DNA of 38,289 nt from Dimargaris cristalligena (lineage: Eukaryota): positions 1 to 38,289 of the forward strand of contig ML002360.1 in the NCBI GenBank assembly GCA_003614675.1. The letters are read 5' to 3'. Positions within the stretch are counted from its first letter, which is position 1, and each line of letters starts with the position of its first letter. Made by a program: the position numbers and the translations under genes. The notes below the pieces were generated by a model that saw nothing but the letters and a program-made list of their open reading frames with translations, had not been told where the DNA came from and made no database searches. Of this stretch, positions 1 to 10,147 are shown piece by piece.

Positions 1-2450
1 ATATAATAATGAAAATGTAGGAAAGATGACTATACTCGTCAGGGGCAGGGGCAGGGGCTCATTCACTCATCAGGGGTGTACTTCTAATAAGTGTGAAAAA
101 TGGATTAAAAATAAAAGTAGGTAAAAAATGTGGTAAGTTTACCACAGTCATGTAATGCAGAGTGTTGGACTTTGCTAGGTTCAAGGGGGTTGAGACCAAG
201 GTGGCCTTAAGGAAGTTGCTGCTGAGTTCCTGGTCATCTATTGCATTATATGTCATCATCTTGCTTTATTGGTTGTTAAGAAAAATAAAAAATAAAAAAT
301 GTTATGATCAAATAGTGTAATCAATTTAGTACTCAGGGATACCAAAACTTCGAACTGAATGGATAAAAATAATAAAGTAAAATAGAATTAGCAATAATAA
401 TAATCAAAGTAAAACCATGTAAAGGGTAATCATCAGTATCATTGGGTGAAGTTAAAACAGATATTTATTCATTTATCTCAAAACTAACTTATCCCTTCAA
501 CTGAGGGGATGCTACTAAGGTATATATAAGAAATTGACCAAACTAAATAACTATAGCTAAGATTAAAGCCGTGATAATTGTAGGACATAAAAAACCTGAA
601 GATAGGGGGAAAATTGACCTACTGGCTAAACTATGGTCATGAATGGGTTAAAAAAGAACCAAAGTATAGAAATTGGAAGGTTGGAAGACACAGTCTTCCC
701 AGTCCTCCTTCATGTCGGATATTGATAAAACTAAGAAAAGGAATTCATGCTAAGAAGTTGTATAGCATAATTCCAAGGAGGAATCCACCAGAGGCTGGTT
801 ATTCCCAAGCCCCGCTCATAAAGGATCATCAATAGCATAAAAGTAGTAATATGAGGTGGTCAATTATCATAGTTTTAAAATCACCATTGATTTTGACAGC
901 CTATAACTTCACCAATAATAGATGGAAAAGTAAATGAAAATATGATTTGGAAAGCTGAACAAAAAGAGAATCAGCTAGTATAAAGAAATAAAATAATACT
1001 CTTGGCCCCAGACTATTCCCATAGAAATAACTCATCAATTGTCTACGGACCTTGAATTCATCCAAAGTATGACTACTTCTTGGGTTGGCAATGTGTACTG
1101 GGGCTTACACAGCCTCTGCCCAACTGCCCACATCAGCACATATGTCCCAAACCCGAAAAAAAAAGGGTGACATATATTGGTGTGTCTACTGTAATTTTCA
1201 AAGGGCTTGAAATGAAGAACTGATTGAGTCTCGGATTTCCAAGTAGCAGCCTCCCCTCCTGTCAGATAATGGTATGTTGATTTCCTTACTTGGCAATTGG
1301 CAATGTGAATAACACTGGGTGTCAGACTACCTAATCTACCTTAATGCAGACATGTTAGCATCCATCCCCATTAGGCCTTATAGTGCCATATTCACCTCCC
1401 CATGGTCACCCCCAGTACTATGGGATCACCCTATATCATAAAACCATTCCCCTTCCAGACTCCACCTCTTCATACTAATCACTCAGTATGCTGATCTGAG
1501 GACTCTTCCAGTTACCCAGAGAGTCTTCCAGATACTAATGGCTGTCCAGTTGGCCTATTTTACCATATCTTAGTATTAGTAGTATACTTCCCCCCAGGGC
1601 CTCCCTCTAGAGTTGCCCCCATGCATATATAACTGGGCCCCCTTGGGACCAGTTAAATACTTTAACTTATTTCTTACCCCCCCTAGTTTACCCCAATAAA
1701 CTCCATATATGCTCACCACCCCTATATTAACTAGTAGGTATGCTTACTGCACGTCCCTTGCCTGTACCTGCATTTGTAGCCTTTATTAGTTAGTACTGCA
1801 CCCCTACCTAATGCTAGGACCCACTTGGCTAAGCCCAAGCCCTATCTACCATTAGAAGCCTATCCTCAGGACTCTTGACAGACTAAGAGTAGTTAACCTA
1901 GGTAACACTGGGTTTCATTATCAGAAAAAAGGGGGATAGGTCAGTTAACTAACATCAGTATTTGATTTTGAAACCCCTTTTGTTGCCAGGCTGCCTGCTT
2001 AAACACGTGGCATGAGACTGACAATTTTAGGGAATAAGTATTAGGCAACTCCACTATTGCTTATCTACTTGAAATCACCAGTGAGTGACCCTCCTAGAAA
2101 GCACAATAATTGTGCATGGGAGTGGGCTGGTTCATCTGTATCATGATAACTCCAGTTGATGAGTCTGGGCTTTCTGGATATAATACTCCACCCATTTTAC
2201 ACCATGTACATAACACCTAGACTTTGATAAAATTGTGTTGACTGTCTCTCATATGGGCATTATCTATTTTGCTTTTCACAGTCCATTCAAAATCCTATAC
2301 TACTGTGTTAAATTAGTACTGCTGTTAAACTTGTGAATGTGAGCAGAGGACGTCACCCCCCCCCCCTCTCATTTCCAGTACAGTCTAATGTTAATGAGGC
2401 TGGAGCCCTACTTGCAGAGGATGGGGGGTTTTCTGGATTGCAAGAGACAT
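1..2450. other. AT-rich, CpG-depleted region; probable decayed repeat, transposon or pseudogene
   Basis: Only about a dozen CG dinucleotides counted by eye in the first ~2.4 kb. CG becomes frequent again from ~2450. No long ORF and no recognisable protein motif. Confidence 0.5.
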
Positions 2451-3112
2451 TTTCCGGGGTGGGTGTGATCATTGTTTTGGACAGGTGGGCACCGGTATCA
2501 CTAAAAAAAATAATGCGACAATATAGGAAAATCGGCTTCTATTGCTGAAATTACCCGAACTCGGGGGTGATTGCCGGAGATCACTTGATCAAATAAACGC
2601 AATAGTAGGAATCCGGGAGAAACCCCAGAAGATAAGACGTGGCCGACCCTTTTGATAGGTAATCGAACCCGTTGCTTATATTGGGTCGCGACTTGGCTAC
2701 TTAGACTGCCTGTTACCTTTTCTATGAGGTCGGGGGATGCAAGAGTGCGGGTCAGGCTTTGGCAATGCAAGGATGACAGTTAACCTTGTTTTCTTTCGAA
2801 AGGTCCGTTAAAAGAAAAAAGAAATGCGGGCAATTAACCCACATGCAAAGCAACACACCCAACGCGTGTATTTGAGGGCGGGATCGCTGTGAGATACAGC
2901 TCCTTTACCATCAGCTACTGGGAATAACTGTTGCCCATGGTTAGGTGATAATATTGTACCGCCAGACAGCTCTATTAATGACACCCATATATTTTATATA
3001 TATAATTGAATCAACAAATAGTGGGGATGCCCCAGCTCCTCTGTCTTGGATCATTGGTCTATGTCCCGTCCCCACGGCCCAACAACGCCTACCTGCTACC
3101 CCAAGTTCATTT

Positions 3113-3248
3113 GACAGAAGTTAATCCAGGCTATATAACAAATAATCCATTTGACGAGGTAAATATTACTGGTCAAAAGTTATTCTCCCACATATTATCC
3201 CATACACATATTGTGTAAAATCTTATACAGTTGGGTTGAAGTTCACCC
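3113..3248 (+). mobile_element. 136-bp MITE, copy 1 (most diverged)
   Basis: Colinear with copies at 7245-7380 and 11242-11377. Imperfect TIRs (gacagaagttaatccaggctatataa ... ttatacagttgggttgaagttcaccc). Flanked by direct repeat ATTT (3109-3112 and 3249-3252). Confidence 0.8.
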
Positions 3249-3391
3249 ATTTCGATTATTCTCCCACCCACTTGGGCTACTCGACCAACCCTCCTCCCTG
3301 TCTCTTCCCCAACTCGACGCTCATTTATTCTCATTTCCTTACAAGCTTTATCCAGTTACTCATTCCCGTAACCCTCGGCCCGGTTTTCAGC

Positions 3392-6288
3392 ATGGACGCC
3401 GAGGAATTCCGTAAACATGGACATGAGGCCGTCGAAGCCATTGTCGCGTACATGGAAAATATCAACGACAGACCCGGTAAGAACCGATATATACACTTCT
3501 CTTTCCTTTAACAAAGCCCCGTCGGGCCTTATTTACCATACCGGTTTATGTTTTTGCTTCTGTTCCCTGTGCAGAGGGACTGCAATTATTTTGAAATGCC
3601 CAACAAATAAATAGTAAAGAAATCCCCCGTGGTGGGAATATTTGCGACAAATTCGATGAATATTGGACTGCTAAAATCGCGCCACACCTATACTCACATC
3701 GACCTCGATTCCCCCAACTTTTCCCACAGTTCGCTCGCAAGTAGCCCCTAACTACCTCCGGCAATCGGTGCCCAAACATGCGCCCAAGGAACCGGAGGAT
3801 TTCGACCAGGTCATGAAGGACTTCAACTCGGATATCATGCCTGGCATCACCCACTGGCACTCGGGCAAATTTTGCGCGTACTATCCCACCGCCTTTTCCT
3901 ACCCGTCCATGCTGGGTGAAATGTACATGGCTATGTTGGGCGTCAACGCGTCAACGGTAAGTATAGCTCCATGACCGACGGCCCCCCCCTTTTTTTTGGG
4001 GGGGGGATATCTACGGGCGTGTGATGATATTCGCCTATCCGTATAAGCCTTTGGGTTGACCCGGATTTGAAAAATAAATCTAAAAAAAATAAATGCCGTG
4101 CTCTTCGGCCAATTGGCTACGGCCTTCTCCGCCCCCCTCCACACGCATCCACTTGCCTATACAGGTTTATCCCAAAATTAACACTCCCCATATGATCATA
4201 TTGTTTGGAATTATCCCCGGGTAACATTCGCTTCAGTGGGCCGCCAGTCCCGCGGCTACGGAACTCGAATACATTACCATGGATTGGGTGGCGAAACTGA
4301 TTGGTTTAAGCGATGCTTTTCTAAATACTGGTAAAGGCGGCGGTGTGATTCAAGTAAGTATATATTTTACCCTGAGGTCTACTGCGTACTATGTTAACAC
4401 CGGGCGAGGAGCCGAGTCATAATGGTGCGAAGGTTATTTTCCGACTAATTCCCTGGGGATAAAGCGAGCTATGGGTGACTACAAGACATTTCGACTTAAC
4501 ATGCCTCCAGTCGAGTAAATTTACAATACCCAAGGGGCCTTTTACCAAACAATATGCCATTTTGAAAATACTGGCCATCTCCTTTGTAGAACTCGGCTAG
4601 CGATGCCACTCTCCTGGTTATGGCGGCGGCTCGCACACGAATTCTGGATCATTTGTCAACGCAGGAAACTATAGATCCCCATGTGGCTGCCACAAAATTA
4701 GTGGCCTACTCCTCGGACCAGGTAAGTAACCCGTGTGATATATTCAATCTCGGACTAGTATAGGCCGTCGATACCCGCCACCAGCACATCGGAATCCGCG
4801 AAATGTCTTTAGACCACATTTATAACAAAGCGGTCTATTCGTGGGTTGCTCAGTTGATTTATAGCATTGGATTGATATTGAACCTATAAGCAATGGTATG
4901 GTTTTATTTTTTTATACCCCACCTTCTGACCCTTTCTATACCCGCAGACTCACTCCAGTTGTCAAAAGGCCGCCAAAATCCTAGGACTTCGGTTCCGGGC
5001 TCTTCCGACTCGCGATGACTGTATTTTGCGCGGCGATGTGGTCCGCCAAGCAATGCGCGAGGATATTGCCCAGGGTCTTATACCCTGTTACATAACAGTG
5101 ACAATCGGGACAACTTCGACTGGGGCGGTTGACGATATTACCAGTATCGTAGAAGCATGTAAGGCCACAGTGATCCCGAATGGGCGGAGGCTACCGTTCT
5201 ATTGTTTTAACGTCTATTTTTTTCTTCCTACCCTACTTCCGTCCCATGGTCCGGTTAAAGTATCCTCTGTATTGGCAAACCATTGGCCAGTGATCTATTG
5301 ATTTATCCGAAGACTGGGACACTTGGCACTGCCGGAAAACCGGTTAAATTAGTTTGCCACACCGCTTCTTTCCCGCCTGACTACTTTCCAGTATACGACT
5401 ATTGGCCTTCTATATACCTACCCAGCCGTACTAACTTCTCCTTTTCCCCTGTCGACCTATATATTTCCCGATTCAGGCAAAGATACCCAGGTCTGGGTTC
5501 ATGTAGATGCCGCCTACGCTGGCAGTGCCATGGTATGTCCCGAATTCCGCCACTTTATGAAAGGAGTGGATCAGGTGGACTCGTTTGACTTTAATATGCA
5601 TAAATGGCTTTTGATTCACTTCGATTGCTCGTGTTTGTTTGTCAAGGACCGGGGGCTTCTCGTCCGGATTAGCACGGGTGCACCCGACGCCAGGGCTACA
5701 ACTAACCCGACTCCGAGCACCACTCTCTCCGATACCCCGGATCTCCGGCCCCAGAGCCTAGAGGTGGGGGGCACCGAATCGGGCGAATCCACTACCACCA
5801 CTACCCGGGTGGAAAGTTTAACCGATTTCGGACCATCGACTAATCGTCGGTTCCGTGCCCTACGGCTGTGGTTCACCATTCGGTCCTACGGCCAATCCGG
5901 CCTCCAGAACTTCATCCGGAACCACATTAATCTAATGAGGTATTTCCAAACTTTCTTAGCAGCCGATGGACGGTTCGAAGTGCTCACCCCCGTTCACTTT
6001 AGTTTAATTGGCCTTCGCCTAAACCCCGAGCTGTGCCAGCGCGTGGACCTGGGAATGGGCGGAGTCCCGGATAAGTCCAACCCCGAACTCCGTAACAACG
6101 CCGCCAACGCTCGTCTACATGGTATGATTAATGAAGCGGGCGTCTTCTTGACGAAGAGCGACCTGCATGGCAAAACCTTTATTCGTGTTAGCATCGGTGC
6201 ATTCAAATCGAATCGGGAGTCCGTTGAACATATTTGGTCGGTGATTCAACAATCGACTGACCAGATGTTGCTGACTCCACCCCAGTAA
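3392..6288 (+). CDS. Aromatic-L-amino-acid decarboxylase-family protein (group II PLP-dependent), paralogue 1, atypical catalytic loop; ~527 aa, 6 exons
   Basis: Exons 3392-3476, 3730-3956, 4237-4353, 4590-4721, 4948-5158, 5477-6288; all introns GT-AG, frame continuous. Motifs: [60 protein letters not shown] (PLP lysine), [10 protein letters not shown]. Confidence 0.93.
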
Positions 6289-6755
6289 AACCCTCCCTGT
6301 AACTATACCATAGAATTGGGTGGTACTACTGGTTCAGATTTTTATTATTATTATTAGTGTAATCGCCTTAGGTTTTACTATTTTTTATTTTATTTTGGGC
6401 CTAGTATATATTCTTCCAATGGGTGACGCCATTCGACAATCCTTGCTTTGGAACACTTTACCCGCATAGTTTTACATTGTCTTTCGTGGTTGACCAGGAG
6501 AGTGTTCAATAGATCAATATTAAAACAGTGGTTTGTAATTGAAGTGGCTTCATTTAGTCAAATGAGGGATTTATAATATCTCCCCTGAAAAACTGGTCGT
6601 TCAAAAAAACAATCGTACAGCCGCATGCATCGGGGTCAAATGACGGTATCGCATGGTAAAATGAACGGATGGGATAAAGATGGGAGGGGGGGTCACCTGA
6701 CACACAAAGTCCCTCATGCAATAATAATAATAATATGGAGAATCGACCTAAGACG

Positions 6756-6781
6756 ATATATATATATATATATATATATAA
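6756..6781. repeat. (AT)n microsatellite
   Basis: Perfect AT run. Confidence 0.9.
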
Positions 6782-7244
6782 TTAAGGTAAATAAATAAAT
6801 AGGGTTGAATCGACCTGCACATAGGCGGGCCCGGGTTTGTAAGACGGGTGATGGGTGAGATTTAGAATGCCCAACTGCCTTATACAGGGTATTTGTCATG
6901 TACCAGTGTGATTCGGGGTTCTATGAATCCAATCAATATCTCCGCTTGTTTCAGTCCCCTTTCCAGGCATAATCACTCACCTATATCCCCCGAGTGGCTA
7001 TTAAATCCCACTCCCACAGAATAAAGCCCCTGGAACACGATTGAGCTACAAAACAAAGCAGAGCGGCATTGGAATTCGGATAAATATGCCACGGGGGTGG
7101 TAGTGCCAATATTGGTGTAGTTACAGGTCATCTGATCATCCTGCCAAGCTATCCTGTGAACGGGAGGTAGTCCTGGGAGACTTGGGGAATACTTTGACAC
7201 GTTTATATGTAAGAATAGATAAGTTAGTTTGATAAAATTCACAT

Positions 7245-7380
7245 GGGAGAAATTCAAACTGGCTGTATAAGGTTTTACATAATACGTGTATGGGCGAATA
7301 TATGTGAGAATAACTTTTAACCAGTAATATTGGCCTTATCCAATGGATTTTTCATTATACAGCCTGAATGAACTTCTCCC
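7245..7380 (-). mobile_element. 136-bp MITE, copy 2 (inverted orientation)
   Basis: Reverse complement of the 11242-11377 copy. TIRs gggagaaattcaaactggctgtataa ... ttatacagcctgaatgaacttctccc. Perfect 4-bp direct repeat ACAT (7241-7244 and 7381-7384). Confidence 0.88.
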
Positions 7381-8475
7381 ACATGTATACGGTGTAAATC
7401 GACTTTGGTGTCTGCCGTTAAGAAAAAGAATAGAAGGTGTAAAACAATTGGCTCTCCATCCGTCCATATGGGGCCAATAAGGGGCGAAGATATAAGCCAG
7501 GAGCAATAGGGCCGCGCTACCCGGCGTTATTCCGCCAATCACCGCAACCAACTGACGATGTAAGCTGATAACGGGTGGATATATATGTGTCATACAAGGG
7601 GATAATTGAATGGCGGTGCTGTATAGCACAGTATTGACATGGCTCCCTCCGATGACCAGCCACTACGTCTCAGTCCCGCCGGTACGGAGAATGTAAGGGG
7701 TATATGGGTATACGAGAAATTTAATAGAGGAAAACGGCGGGGGAGGGGGTTATTCCCGAATCCAAAGTGGATCATATAGTCGCAGTTCAATTAGATATAT
7801 ACATATCTGGCTTAATAGGAATATCTCTTTCTCAAGAATCCCCCCATCAAGGGGAGGCCCGAAAAAAAAGTAGTGAATCTGCAAGTATTGGCCATTCTAT
7901 ATAGAACCAGGATCACACTACTTGTCTGACCAACTACTGTGGCCATCCCTTGTGCTTTTTACTCAGGCATATTGCGCGGAGATAATCATAAAAACGGGTA
8001 TCACCGGCGGTGGCTTACTTGAGGCATGAATGTCCCCCCCCAGTTCGGGGGTATGGTCAAGATAATAATAATAATCAAAAACAGGTCAGGCCAGGCCAGG
8101 TATGGAGTGGAATGGTTCTACATCGAATCCCGGCGGGAGTCAGATAGCATAGCGGATGGACTGGAGGTGTTCTCCGGTCTTGAAATTCGACAGGTGGGGT
8201 AAAGAAAAGGTACCCTTTGGTTCACATTGTTCGCGCATGCCCCTCATATACCACCCGGACTATTCATTGCGGTTTCCCTCCACGGCCCCTTACCACGCCG
8301 GCTGTGCGTCCTATCCCCCCATTGCCGACTTGGGTTAAAAGCCGTAGTCTCTGGGTTCTGCATTATTCATACTCTCCAGCCCAAGTTATAGATCGTTCAG
8401 TTCACTGGCCAGTTCTGATTGAGGAACCACGGATTTGGCTCAACTGACGTTATTTAACCAAAAATGAACCCTAAC

Positions 8476-8496
8476 CACACACACACACACACACAC
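8476..8496. repeat. (CA)n microsatellite
   Basis: Perfect CA run. Confidence 0.85.
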
Positions 8497-9170
8497 CATG
8501 GCGGGTCATTAACCCTGCAGCCTCCCTCCAAACTTTAAATTAAGCAGTACAGCGACCGAACATGGGTCGGGCATATTATCCCTTGGCGGTGTTTGGGGTG
8601 GGTGGGTAAGCGAGTTCCTTGACTAACGCTGAGGGCGGTTCTCGCACTGGTGCACTTGTTTGGGGAGGGGAGGGAAAGAAAGGGGGGTGAAGTTACCTGG
8701 TGCAGATTACCTGAAACTTTTTCTTGAGATGCCCGACATTTCGCAGAGGACGAGTTGAAGTGCGTGGCACACGGGGAAGAGTTCCGTGCTATGGAGTATT
8801 CTCGTCATGGCGGGACTGACATGGACGGACATGCCCGCCGGCAATCCATCGGGTATGGTTAAAGGGAGCGGCAGTTAGGGTGGCGGCCGCTTGCAGTCGA
8901 TGATGTCCCTCTTGCAGCGCTACTGGAGTCGGCGTAGTATAACCTAAATACAACCCTACCCTCTTCGACCGTATCACAGGCCATGGGAAAGGAGGGTGCG
9001 TATCTATGCCTCAGACGGGGTTATCGTCCAAGGAAAAGGGACGTATAGATCAGACTGTGGTTTTTACATTCAATTATGGGGTGAATGGGCGCATCCCCGG
9101 TATCCCCTACCATCACCCCGGTTATTCCTGTAGTTTGGAAAGATGTGCCGGTCCACTAATTAGGGTCAAT

Positions 9171-9178
9171 TATAAATA
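9171..9178 (+). promoter_or_regulatory. Candidate TATA box of AADC paralogue 2
   Basis: TATAAATA followed by an abrupt switch to a pyrimidine-rich, leader-like sequence that runs to the ATG at 10148. Confidence 0.4.
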
Positions 9179-10147
9179 CTTGACGTGAATCCCCGACATT
9201 AAACCCCCCCGAACTCTACACATGTTTTTTCCCTAACTCCTTCCAAACACCAATCTCCCCTACTGCTTATACATTTCAGCGCACCCTCGGCCTCTGTTTT
9301 TCAACCCAGTCCTGTGCTTCTCACAGTTCAATTACTTGGCGTATCCCGTACGCGTGTCGTTTTCCCAAGACCGCCAATTGTTAACCGCGGCGTGTTTACC
9401 CACCATACCTATCCGTGCATGGCCCTTATTTGCCGCCGCTGTTGCTTTCCTCAGTGTATTACAGGCTGTCTGACTGTCCCTGAGGCGTTTTAATCACCTA
9501 TTAGCCAGGTTTCCCCCGCTTTATATTAACCCCCCCAAAACATCTTCCATTTTGTTCCATGCTCTTTTTGCATTCATTATTTTTCCTGGTGGTCCTTTAA
9601 TAAGTGCGGTCCCCCCCTCCCCTCCATCTGATGAACATACGCACACAATCACATTGTTACCACTATATCCCCCATTTAACTATATATTTAGTTCGTATTC
9701 TATAAGTGGGTTATTTTATTATATAACGCCAAAATACCCCCCCCCCTACTTGGAATATCGTATTTATTGAACGCCGGGATAAACTCGCCTACAATATCTA
9801 CTCTTAATTTTAAGCCTCCCTTGACTTTTGTTCATACTGAGCCAGTTACTACAAGACTCCACTGTACTTTGTGACTTGCCCTTCGACTTCTCGCCTGGGA
9901 CCTTTTTCCCTGCACTTGTCGTGCCTTCGTCTATATTTTACCCATACTGTCACTACTAACCAAGTGGTTATATAACCCAGCCCTCCCTAGCCACCCAAGC
10001 GATACCCACTCTATAGTCGCATACTACACCTCTATTATTTTCAACCCTTGCATTCCACTCCGACTTTCACCCCAAAGTCTTCAGCTGTTAGCCCGCTGCC
10101 CCCACTCTACACACACATTGTACCAACGCATTTACACCTGCTATTCA

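Noticed and set aside
3982..4006. C-run/T-run/G-run hairpin in an AADC intron, resembling an intrinsic terminator
   Set aside because: Homopolymer runs are frequent throughout this eukaryotic window; no evidence of function.
4018..4090. GTGATGA (C-box-like) in intron 2 of AADC paralogue 1
   Set aside because: No CTGA D box at a suitable distance and no terminal stem, so not supportable as a snoRNA.
8110..8145. tcgaatcccggcgggagtca, resembling a tRNA T-arm/acceptor end
   Set aside because: Lacks GTTC and no cloverleaf can be folded upstream.
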